Positions 16,669 through 24,195 of a stretch of 33,011 nt of DNA are shown here, in pieces. The notes below the pieces were generated by a model. The model was not told the DNA's origin. It saw only the letters and a program-made list of their open reading frames with translations, and did not search any database. The position numbers and the translations under genes are program-made. Where the stretch lies: contig LFCR01000002.1 in assembly GCA_001189215.1 (NCBI GenBank), positions 140,677 to 173,687 on the forward strand, written 5' to 3'. Positions within the stretch are counted from its first letter, which is position 1. Every line of letters begins with the position of its first letter. This stretch comes from Parcubacteria bacterium C7867-008. Lineage in GTDB: Bacteria; Patescibacteriota; Minisyncoccia; Phycocordibacterales; Phycocordibacteraceae.

Positions 16669-18108
16669 ATGGCTCGCTACATCACCACCACGCTTCCATA
16701 CGTGAATGCCGATCCACATATCGGATTTGCGGTTGAGTTGATACAAGCTGATATTCTCACGCGTATATGGAGACAGTCTGGTGAGACAGTCTTCTTCAAC
16801 ACCGGTACCGATGAGCATGGTCAGAAGATATTGCAGACCTCAGAGAAAGAGGGAAGAGATATACATGAGTATGTAGATCATTTCGCTGCTGAATTCGAAC
16901 GACTCAATGGAACCTTGGGTATATCAAACAGTGCGTTTGTTCGTACCACTAACCCAGCACACATTGAGGCAGCACAAGAGATGTGGCGAAGATGTCATGC
17001 AAAGGGAGATATATATAAGAAAGCATACTCGGGGCTGTATTGTGTTGGATGTGAATCATTTAAGACAGAGAAGGATATTGAGGATGGCCGCTGCATGATA
17101 CATACGCATCTCGAACTCCAGGAGATCGTTGAAGAAAACTATTTCTTCCGTCTCTCTAAGTACCAAGATGCGATTCTAGAATATCTTGATCGCCCGAACG
17201 TGATCGTACCGGAGTGGCGCCGTGAAGAAGCATTGAACTTCGTCCGCGGCGGCCTCGAAGATTTCAGTATCTCGCGCGATGTATCAAAACTCACCTGGGG
17301 TATTCCTGTACCCGATGATGATACTCAGGTGATGTATGTATGGTTTGACGCGCTCACAAGCTACATCTCAACCCTTGGCTGGCCAAGCGATCCAGCAGGC
17401 AACTTTGAAACGTACTGGAACGAGGGGAAAATCCTTCAGTTGGCAGGTAAGGATCAGGTCCGGTTCCAGTCAGTTATGTGGCAAGCAATGCTCATGTCTG
17501 CAGATATAAAGAATACCGATCAGGTGTTCTATCACGGCTTTATAAACTCTGGAGGACAGAAAATGTCCAAGTCATTGGGCAATGTAATAAGCCCCTATGA
17601 ATTGGTAGAGAAGTACGGTCGCGAAGTAACGCGCTATTTGCTCCTACGCCACGTGCATCCCGTAGAAGACTCTGATGTCACCTGGGAACGAATGGATGAG
17701 TGGTATACAGCAAACCTAGTAAATGGATTAGGTAACCTTGTGTCTCGTGTTATGAAACTTGCAGAGACGCATCTTTCAGAACCTGTGCAACTTACGCCGT
17801 ACGATACACGCGTGGAAGAACCATTCATCAAACTCATCAATGTGTATGAGTTCCAGCAAGCAATGGATCTTGTCTTTGATCACATCACTAAGGGTGATGA
17901 GTACATGACTACTTATGAGCCATACAAGAAAATTAAGGATCCTGAAACGGAAGATGATGCTCGGACTCATATAACCCAGCTCGTGAGGCACATTGCAAAG
18001 ATTGCCGCACATCTCGAGAGTGTTATGCCTGAAACAAGTACCGCAATTCTAACGGCAGTTCGCAGCAACACTAAACCGGAGAATCTATTCCCGCGTCTTC
18101 CAGCATAG
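16669..18108 (+). CDS. metG: Methionyl-tRNA synthetase (short form, no C-terminal Trbp111-like domain)
   Basis: 479 aa. TTTLPYVNADPHIGF (HIGH-like), CVGCESF...C.IH knuckle, GQKMSKSLGNVI (KMSKS). Confidence 0.95.
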   Translation: MARYITTTLPYVNADPHIGFAVELIQADILTRIWRQSGETVFFNTGTDEHGQKILQTSEKEGRDIHEYVDHFAAEFERLNGTLGISNSAFVRTTNPAHIEAAQEMWRRCHAKGDIYKKAYSGLYCVGCESFKTEKDIEDGRCMIHTHLELQEIVEENYFFRLSKYQDAILEYLDRPNVIVPEWRREEALNFVRGGLEDFSISRDVSKLTWGIPVPDDDTQVMYVWFDALTSYISTLGWPSDPAGNFETYWNEGKILQLAGKDQVRFQSVMWQAMLMSADIKNTDQVFYHGFINSGGQKMSKSLGNVISPYELVEKYGREVTRYLLLRHVHPVEDSDVTWERMDEWYTANLVNGLGNLVSRVMKLAETHLSEPVQLTPYDTRVEEPFIKLINVYEFQQAMDLVFDHITKGDEYMTTYEPYKKIKDPETEDDARTHITQLVRHIAKIAAHLESVMPETSTAILTAVRSNTKPENLFPRLPA

Positions 18109-18119
18109 AAAGCAAAACT

Positions 18120-18929
18120 ATGAAGTATTTTGATGCACACTGTCACATACAGTTCGATGCCTTTGCCGCTGACAGAGAAGAACTAATTCGCTCCATGGGC
18201 GAACAGGAAGTTGGTGGACTGGTGGTGGGTGTTGATCGTGTTTCCTCGGAACGTGCACTAGCGCTTGTGGACAATTATGACTCACTCTTTGCTGCAGTTG
18301 GTCTACATCCTAACGATTGCCCTGAAGAAGAGTTCCATATGTCTGTGTACCGAGCACTTGCGTCACACCCTAAGGTGCTTGCGATAGGTGAGTGTGGTTT
18401 GGACAACTACCGTCCTGAAGATCCTCAAACTACTAAGAAAAAACAACGAGAAGTATTCGAGCAACATATACAGCTTGCCATCGAGACAAACAAGCCGTTG
18501 ATGATTCATTCACGACCTTCCAAAGGAACGCAGGATGCGTACGAAGACACTATAGATATCCTAAAGAGCTACAAAAGGGAGCACGGAGACAAGGTTCGTG
18601 GTGACATGCACTTCTTTGTGGGAGGGGTAGAGGAGGCACGCCAGTTTGTGGATCTAGATTTCACCCTTTCCTATACCGCAGTCCTTACGTTCACCCAGGA
18701 CTATGATGAAGTGGTCCGTTTCGCGCCACTGACACATCTCCTTTCAGAAACCGACTCGCCCTATGTGGCCCCTGCTCCTAACCGAGGCAAGCGTAACGAT
18801 CCTCGCGCTGTACAGGCTGTTATTGGCGCTGTGGCACGTATAAGAGGAGAGAATGAGGAATTAGTGCGAGAACAGATCCTTTCAAACGCTGAGCGGGTCT
18901 TTGGTACTACCTTGCGGGGCCTAAAATAG
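18120..18929 (+). CDS. tatD: TatD-family metal-dependent hydrolase/DNase
   Basis: 269 aa. YFDAHCHIQF, AVGLHPND, IGECGLD, PLMIHSR, HFFVGG, LLSETDSPYVAP. Confidence 0.9.
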   Translation: MKYFDAHCHIQFDAFAADREELIRSMGEQEVGGLVVGVDRVSSERALALVDNYDSLFAAVGLHPNDCPEEEFHMSVYRALASHPKVLAIGECGLDNYRPEDPQTTKKKQREVFEQHIQLAIETNKPLMIHSRPSKGTQDAYEDTIDILKSYKREHGDKVRGDMHFFVGGVEEARQFVDLDFTLSYTAVLTFTQDYDEVVRFAPLTHLLSETDSPYVAPAPNRGKRNDPRAVQAVIGAVARIRGENEELVREQILSNAERVFGTTLRGLK

Positions 18930-18949
18930 CGTGGTAGTATCGCCCTATT

Positions 18950-19441
18950 ATGGCTACTGAGAAGATTTCAACCGAGGAGGAGGTCCTCGACACCGACCAC
19001 GCTGAACAGCGTGTATATGAGCTTGGATTCCACCTTGATCCGGAACTTCCGGAGACTGAGGTAAAGAAGAGCTACCAGGCTCTTCGTGATCTGATTGCAG
19101 GCAAGGGTTCAATCGTTGCTGAGGGTGAGCCTACCAAGATTCCTCTCGCATACACTATTTCTCGAACTGAGACCGGTGTTGGACGTCGTGATTTTGATAA
19201 CGCATTCTTCTGCTGGATTGCGTACGAAGTTACTGGTGCTGCACACGCTGAGGTACTTGAGGCTGCTAATGCAGAGAAGCGTATTATTCGCTTCCTCGAT
19301 CTCCGCACTACCAAGGATGAGGCAAAGCACTCTGAAGAGATGCAGGCTATTTTTGCTCAGATGGCAAATGACGAGGCTGCTCCTGAAGAAGAGACTGTTT
19401 CTGAGACCGAGCTTGATGCCGCTCTCAAGGAGGTTGTATAA
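18950..19441 (+). CDS. rpsF: 30S ribosomal protein S6 with N- and C-terminal acidic extensions
   Basis: The core RVYELGFHLDPELPE...GSIVAEGEPTKIPLAYTI...IIRFLDLR is S6-like, and the rpsF-ssb-rpsR order supports the call. TGgTAGTAT (18932-18940) lies 9 nt upstream of the ATG. Confidence 0.75.
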   Translation: MATEKISTEEEVLDTDHAEQRVYELGFHLDPELPETEVKKSYQALRDLIAGKGSIVAEGEPTKIPLAYTISRTETGVGRRDFDNAFFCWIAYEVTGAAHAEVLEAANAEKRIIRFLDLRTTKDEAKHSEEMQAIFAQMANDEAAPEEETVSETELDAALKEVV

Positions 19442-19468
19442 GCCTTTCCTAAAGGGAATATAAGAAAT

Positions 19469-19495
19469 AGCCGGGCATCTGCTCGGCTTTTTCTT
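19469..19495 (+). terminator. Intrinsic terminator or attenuator between rpsF and ssb
   Basis: 8-bp stem AGCCGGGC (19469-19476) / GCTCGGCT (19481-19488) with one G-U pair and loop ATCT, followed by TTTTTCTTT. Confidence 0.55.
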
Positions 19496-19573
19496 TAGTA
19501 TCCTCATAGGTCCTAGGCAGGGAAATCATGACTGGTATACTGGAATCAAGACCTAAACATCAGCCAAATAACT

Positions 19574-20074
19574 ATGTATCTCAACAAAGTATTGCTTTAC
19601 GGAAACCTTACTCGCGACCCTGAACTTCGGGCTATTCCTTCAGGACAACAAGTTGCATCATTTGGTATTGCAACAAACCGCACCTTCAAGAATAAGGAAG
19701 GGCAGCAACAGGATCAGACTGAATTTCATAATATTGTTGCCTTTGGTCGTACCGCTGAAGTAATGGGACAGTACCTCAAGAAGGGACGTCCGGTATATAT
19801 CGAGGGACGTATCCAGACTCGTTCTTGGGATAAGGATGGCGCTAAACAGTATCGTACGGAGATTGTTGTAGATAGCTTCCAGTTTGGTCCTCAGGCAGGT
19901 GGTTCTGATGGAGGTGCACGATCTGGTGGCAACAGTGCCCCAGCAGCGTCAGCAGGCACCAGTCGTCCTGCAAGTATTGCTCCTGAGACCGGAGGTGCTG
20001 ATGATTTCGGGGGTACTGGTGATGCTATCCAGTACCCAGACGATGAGATAAATCCTGAGGATATTCCTTTCTAG
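19574..20074 (+). CDS. ssb: Single-stranded DNA-binding protein
   Basis: 166 aa. OB fold ([16 protein letters not shown]...[14 protein letters not shown]...[12 protein letters not shown]), Gly/Ser/Ala-rich linker and acidic tail ...[11 protein letters not shown]. TGgTATACT (19533-19541) lies upstream. Confidence 0.95.
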   Translation: MYLNKVLLYGNLTRDPELRAIPSGQQVASFGIATNRTFKNKEGQQQDQTEFHNIVAFGRTAEVMGQYLKKGRPVYIEGRIQTRSWDKDGAKQYRTEIVVDSFQFGPQAGGSDGGARSGGNSAPAASAGTSRPASIAPETGGADDFGGTGDAIQYPDDEINPEDIPF

Positions 20075-20140
20075 ATCGATAATCGGCAACCATTGCAAAA
20101 TAAGGCCGAATCAGATAGGCTAGAGCAACCAACCACTTAT

Positions 20141-20347
20141 ATGGCACATCAATCAGAACGCGAGGAGATCGAGCACAAGAAATTCGTTGACTACAAGGAC
20201 GTAGCATACCTACGCCAGTTCACGAATACTCATGCAAAGATCATGGCTAAGAAGCGCAGTGGCGTTTCCGCAAGCCGTCAGCGAGAGATCGCTACAGCAA
20301 TCAAGCGGGCTCGTTTCATGGGGCTTCTCCCATACCTCGCAGCGTAA
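20141..20347 (+). CDS. rpsR: 30S ribosomal protein S18
   Basis: FVDYKDVAYLRQFTNTHAKIMAKKRSGVSASRQREIATAIKRARFMGLLPY. The ATG at 20141 is preferred; the track ORF begins at an upstream TTG (20093). Confidence 0.85.
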   Translation: MAHQSEREEIEHKKFVDYKDVAYLRQFTNTHAKIMAKKRSGVSASRQREIATAIKRARFMGLLPYLAA

Positions 20348-20357
20348 AGCGAATAAG

Positions 20358-20390
20358 AAAAACCGCTCCAGAAATGGAGCGGTTTTTCTT
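20358..20390. terminator. Intrinsic terminator after rpsR
   Basis: Perfect 13-bp stem AAAAACCGCTCCA (20358-20370) / TGGAGCGGTTTTT (20375-20387) with loop GAAA. Confidence 0.8.
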
Positions 20391-20464
20391 ATTGCCACCG
20401 CTCTTCTAGCATGCTTTCCTTTACGTAGAGGGCATTTCGCCTACATCAGTTCTAGGGGAACGAC

Positions 20465-20932
20465 ATGAACAAACTGCTCTTGAGCTGTGCACTTCTTGCA
20501 TTTGTTGCTCCGAATGCTCAGTCAAAGGAGTACCGTATCGGTGATACGGTGCATCACGAAGAACCCGAGTCCACTGCCGCCGCTACAGTGGCACACTGCC
20601 TCCTGTGGCCGCGCGATACTGAATACACCCTCCAGTTCACGATGCGGAGTCAGGACAAGGAGGCACGTAAATGGATCACGGAAGGTGAGGTCATCGAAAG
20701 AGGTAGACCGATCGTTGTGACGGTGCACCCGTACAAAGGGGAAGAGTACCGGACGTGCACTGAACGTAGCGCGACGCCGAAAGACCTCCAGCTTCCAGGA
20801 AAGGAAGCTCTTGCGGTCCTACAGCTGGCCGACGGCAGTAAGTTCGGGTATGCAGTCCGCAAGATTTCCGAAGAAGGGGACTCATTTGAGTTCCTTGCTG
20901 CAGGGCCGGTACCGGTCTCGAAGCACAACTAG
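20465..20932 (+). CDS. Hypothetical secreted protein (155 aa) in a high-GC islet
   Basis: Signal-peptide-like MNKLLLSCALLAFVAPNAQS. No family recognised. Purine-rich AGGGGAA (20454-20460) lies upstream of the ATG. Hand GC counts are 36/60 (20581-20640) and 35/60 (20761-20820). Confidence 0.55.
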   Translation: MNKLLLSCALLAFVAPNAQSKEYRIGDTVHHEEPESTAAATVAHCLLWPRDTEYTLQFTMRSQDKEARKWITEGEVIERGRPIVVTVHPYKGEEYRTCTERSATPKDLQLPGKEALAVLQLADGSKFGYAVRKISEEGDSFEFLAAGPVPVSKHN

Positions 20933-20955
20933 TCTACGTGCTGACATACAAAGAC

Positions 20956-20984
20956 GAAGGCCCGCGGTTTCCCGCGGGCCTTTT
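20956..20984. terminator. Bidirectional GC-rich terminator shared by the 20465 ORF and convergent efp
   Basis: GGCCCGCGG (20959-20967) / CCGCGGGCC (20972-20980) with loop TTTC. Flanking A/T pairs extend the stem, and TTTT lies downstream. Confidence 0.7.
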
Positions 20985-20995
20985 CGCATTTCTAT

Positions 20996-21571
20996 CTACG
21001 CTTTCTCCATTCGCTCCGTGTACTCACCACTATCAGTATTGATTCGAAGCACATCGCCTTCATTGATGAACATGGGAGTGCTGATCGTTGCACCAGACTC
21101 AACCGTTACATACTTGCTACCGCCAGTAGCGGTATCTCCCTTAACAGCTGGAGCTGCTTCGGTAACCTTAAGATCAACCTTGATAGGGATCTTCACGGTT
21201 GCTGGCTTATCTTTGTATGTCATCACTTCAACCGGAGCATTCTGAATAAGCCACTGCACCTTATCGTGTACGGATTCTTCTGGGAATGAGAAACGGTTCT
21301 TAGGATTTCCGGCTTCAGCAAACCAAGACTCCCCACGGTTGGTGTAGAGGTAGTTTGCGCTGATGGTAGCGATGTCTGCTTCTGGTACTGTCTCACTTTG
21401 ATGGAAGGAGATCTCTGTGACCTTGCCTGAGATAAGGTGACGAAGCTTGGTCTGATTAACCGGCTTACGTTGCTGCATGCGGAATACATGAGACGAAAGT
21501 ACTTCGTACGGTTCATTGTTGTATTCGATAACCTTCTTCTGAACGATTTCGTTATACGAAAGGATAGCCAT
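20996..21571 (-). CDS. efp: Elongation factor P (atypical tip loop)
   Basis: 191 aa with EF-P three-domain layout (NEIVQKKVIEYNNEPYEVLSSHV...TKLRHLISGKV...; C-terminal ...ATISTPMFINEGDVLRINTDSGEYTERM). The loop where KPGKG is expected reads FRMQQRKPVNQ. Confidence 0.9.
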   Translation of the reverse strand: MAILSYNEIVQKKVIEYNNEPYEVLSSHVFRMQQRKPVNQTKLRHLISGKVTEISFHQSETVPEADIATISANYLYTNRGESWFAEAGNPKNRFSFPEESVHDKVQWLIQNAPVEVMTYKDKPATVKIPIKVDLKVTEAAPAVKGDTATGGSKYVTVESGATISTPMFINEGDVLRINTDSGEYTERMEKA

Positions 21572-21639
21572 AATTGATTCTGCTAGAAACCGGAACGGGT
21601 CCGGCTGCGTTATAAAAGATGCCAGCCAGTTAGGTCTGG

Positions 21640-22254
21640 GTGACGAGTAACGGTATGATACAGGACGTGGGACGCAAGTCTAGTATATGGAGTGCTGAGT
21701 GGAAAGACGCTTCTGATGAGGTGGTGCTTTCAGAGTCCCGGAACCGCCCGGAGCTTTTTGCTCTTCTGGTAGAACGATATGAAGACGCCTTTCTCCGTAA
21801 AGCGAATTCGATCCTGTATCGCACCGAAGATGCTGAAGAGATGGTCCAAGATACCTTCACACGCATATACCTCTATGCGGACCGTTTCGTTCCTCAGGAG
21901 GGAGCACAGTTCTCCTCATGGGCATATGCGATCCTCATCCGTCTTTGCTTTACCCGATATCAGAAGATGAAGAAGGAGCGGGGAAGAACCATGGAGCTTG
22001 AACCGGAGACCTATGAACGTATTGCAGATGCCGATATCTTCCTAGAAGATCTCACCATTAGAGACGAAGTCCTTATGGCCATGGCTCGTATGCCGGAAAC
22101 CGCAAGCCGTATTCTTCGGTTACAGTTTCTTGAAGGCAAGACTCAGGAGGAGATTGCCACTATTGAGGGAGCATCTGTAGCAGCGGTTAAGACCCGAGTA
22201 CACCGAGCCAAGAAATCATTCAAAGAAGCATTTATATATGGAAAGAAGCAATAA
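21640..22254 (+). CDS. ECF-type RNA polymerase sigma-70 family factor
   Basis: Region 2: AEEMVQDTFTRIYLYADRF..FSSWAYAILIRLCFTRY. Region 4 HTH: ASRILRLQFLEGKTQEEIATIEGASVAAVKTRVHRAKKSF. Start is GTG 21640 or ATG 21655. Confidence 0.85.
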   Translation: MTSNGMIQDVGRKSSIWSAEWKDASDEVVLSESRNRPELFALLVERYEDAFLRKANSILYRTEDAEEMVQDTFTRIYLYADRFVPQEGAQFSSWAYAILIRLCFTRYQKMKKERGRTMELEPETYERIADADIFLEDLTIRDEVLMAMARMPETASRILRLQFLEGKTQEEIATIEGASVAAVKTRVHRAKKSFKEAFIYGKKQ

Positions 22255-22588
22255 TCATTCAGAGCATATGTCCGATATACAGAGCGTTGTGATGCGTCGT
22301 GTGCATACCGTGCATGCGATACGTCCGTTCATAAGCAGCACGATGCTCGCGGCGATTCTTTCGCTTGGATCCCTGTATCTCGTTGGCAGGGAAGTGTGGG
22401 TGGCAAAGGTCCTCGTGAACATACCGAACCCATTGAACGTAGTCAGTACGCTACGCTTCTTTGAAGTTGCATTCTTGAACACCACTACACTCGTACAGGT
22501 ACTCTGCGTGATTGTTGCGTTCAGTGTTGTGTGGATCTTACGGGATATGGTACGTGCACTTCGTCTTCCAGCGATGCGAATGGCATAA
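22238..22588 (+). CDS. Putative membrane anti-sigma factor / small membrane protein
   Basis: 116 aa, overlaps the sigma gene by 17 nt, with two predicted TM segments (MLAAILSLGSLYLVG; LVQVLCVIVAFSVVWIL). The assignment rests on position only. Confidence 0.45.
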   Translation: MERSNNHSEHMSDIQSVVMRRVHTVHAIRPFISSTMLAAILSLGSLYLVGREVWVAKVLVNIPNPLNVVSTLRFFEVAFLNTTTLVQVLCVIVAFSVVWILRDMVRALRLPAMRMA

Positions 22589-22596
22589 CTGGATAA

Positions 22597-22636
22597 GAAA
22601 ACAACCGACGCTCTTGAGCGTCAGTTGTTTTCTTTT
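22597..22636. terminator. Bidirectional terminator between the anti-sigma ORF and convergent recA
   Basis: GAAAACAACCGACGCTC (22597-22613) / GAGCGTCAGTTGTTTTC (22616-22632) with one mismatch. A-tract upstream and T-tract downstream. Confidence 0.65.
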
Positions 22637-22638
22637 AA

Positions 22639-23760
22639 CTACTCTGCAGCAAGCTTCGCACGAATCTGCTTCAGAATCTCATTAGCAATAGGTTTGTTTT
22701 CGCGGAGGAAGGTACGCGTTGCGTCATACCCACGTCCGAGCTTGGTTTCTCCGTAGCTGTAACTAGAACCAGATTTTGAAACGATATCGTATTTCTCACC
22801 AAGAGCGATGATCTCACCTTCGCGGGAGATACCCTCGTTATACATGAGATCGAACTCAGTGGTCTTGAATGGGGCAGCAACCTTGTTCTTTACTACCTTC
22901 ACACGCACCCGTCCTCCCACAACCTCTTCACCCTTTTTGATTTGGGCAATGCGGCGAATATCAAGACGGACTGAAGTGTAGAACTTAAGGGCCTTTCCAC
23001 CTGGAGTAGTTTCAGGATTACCAAACATCACACCGATCTGCATGCGGATTTGGTTGATGAAAATAACGATGGTTTGAGACTTGGCGGTGATAGCGGTCAG
23101 TTTACGGAGTGCCTGACTCATGAGGCGTGCCTGCTTACCCACATGGTGAGCACCCATGTCCCCCTCGATCTCATCCTTTGGGGTAAGGGCTGCAACGGAG
23201 TCTATAACGATCACTGATACAGAACCTGCACGAACAAGTGATTCAACAATCTCAAGTGCCTGCTCGCCAGTATCTGGCTGCGAGATGAGGAGTTCATCAA
23301 GCTTCACGCCAATCTTGCGTGCGTACTCCGGATCAAGGGCATGTTCTGCATCAACGAATGAACAAATACCACCTTTCTTTTGCGCCTCTGCGATTACATG
23401 GAGTGCCAGTGTTGTTTTACCTGAAGACTCAGGACCAAAGATTTCGATAATGCGTCCGCAGGGCATACCACCGATACCAAGTGCAGCATCAAGGCCAATA
23501 GAACCAGTTGGTATGAACGGCATAGCGGCAGGTTTGCCTGAGCCAAAGGTCATGATCGCTTCATCACCAAACTTTGTCTTGATCTCTTTTATAGCGAGTT
23601 CAATGGACTTGCGCTTTGCCTCGTCACCAACGGGCTGTGTACCGTCGGACTTCGTGGATTTCTTTGAACTCTTCTCACCATCTACAGCCTCTAGTGCAAG
23701 CTCGTCTTCAGAGCTTGATGATTTTGCAGACTTTTTTGCGGTGAATTTCTTTGCGGGCAT
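22639..23760 (-). CDS. recA: Recombinase RecA with ~50-aa Lys/Ser/Glu-rich N-terminal extension
   Basis: 373 aa. Motifs: [19 protein letters not shown] (Walker A), [32 protein letters not shown]. Canonical RecA begins near [20 protein letters not shown]. Confidence 0.97.
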   Translation of the reverse strand: MPAKKFTAKKSAKSSSSEDELALEAVDGEKSSKKSTKSDGTQPVGDEAKRKSIELAIKEIKTKFGDEAIMTFGSGKPAAMPFIPTGSIGLDAALGIGGMPCGRIIEIFGPESSGKTTLALHVIAEAQKKGGICSFVDAEHALDPEYARKIGVKLDELLISQPDTGEQALEIVESLVRAGSVSVIVIDSVAALTPKDEIEGDMGAHHVGKQARLMSQALRKLTAITAKSQTIVIFINQIRMQIGVMFGNPETTPGGKALKFYTSVRLDIRRIAQIKKGEEVVGGRVRVKVVKNKVAAPFKTTEFDLMYNEGISREGEIIALGEKYDIVSKSGSSYSYGETKLGRGYDATRTFLRENKPIANEILKQIRAKLAAE

Positions 23761-23823
23761 AGCAGGAATATATTACGTATCTATAAGAATATTGTACCGT
23801 TTTTCGCACAGGTATCTATCGAA

Positions 23824-23846
23824 CAGGGGATACCGAGAGCCCCCTG
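23824..23846 (-). terminator. Weak hairpin downstream of the 106-aa ORF
   Basis: CAGGGG / CCCCTG 6-bp stem with an 11-nt loop and a poor U-tract. Confidence 0.3.
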
Positions 23847-23872
23847 GTATATAGGGTTATTTTAGGACTTCC

Positions 23873-24193
23873 TCAGGGAACTATTATTTCCTTATCTAGA
23901 CTGGTGGTGCGACCAAAACGATCCTTTGCTTTAAGAGTGATGGTGATACCTCCCCGAGGAAGGGTAAGGACCTTTGAGAATCGACCTTGTTCGTCAATAA
24001 GTAGAGTGTTTCCATCGAGGGTCAGTGTCTCAGTATGGAGCGCATGTCCTGAAAGAGTGGTGAAGCCATGTTCAGGTTCAACCAGTATTGGATCAACACG
24101 TATCTCTGGACCTCGTAGAAGAGGGAAGGCTTTAACCGCTCCGTATCCAATTAGAAGGATAAGGACACCGGCTATAACGTAACGGAACTGCAT
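23873..24193 (-). CDS. Hypothetical membrane-anchored beta-rich protein (106 aa)
   Basis: N-terminal TM (YVIAGVLILLIGYGAV). The start is 2 nt after the ftsK stop, so it is likely co-translated. No family recognised. Confidence 0.55.
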   Translation of the reverse strand: MQFRYVIAGVLILLIGYGAVKAFPLLRGPEIRVDPILVEPEHGFTTLSGHALHTETLTLDGNTLLIDEQGRFSKVLTLPRGGITITLKAKDRFGRTTSLDKEIIVP

Positions 24194-24195
24194 GG

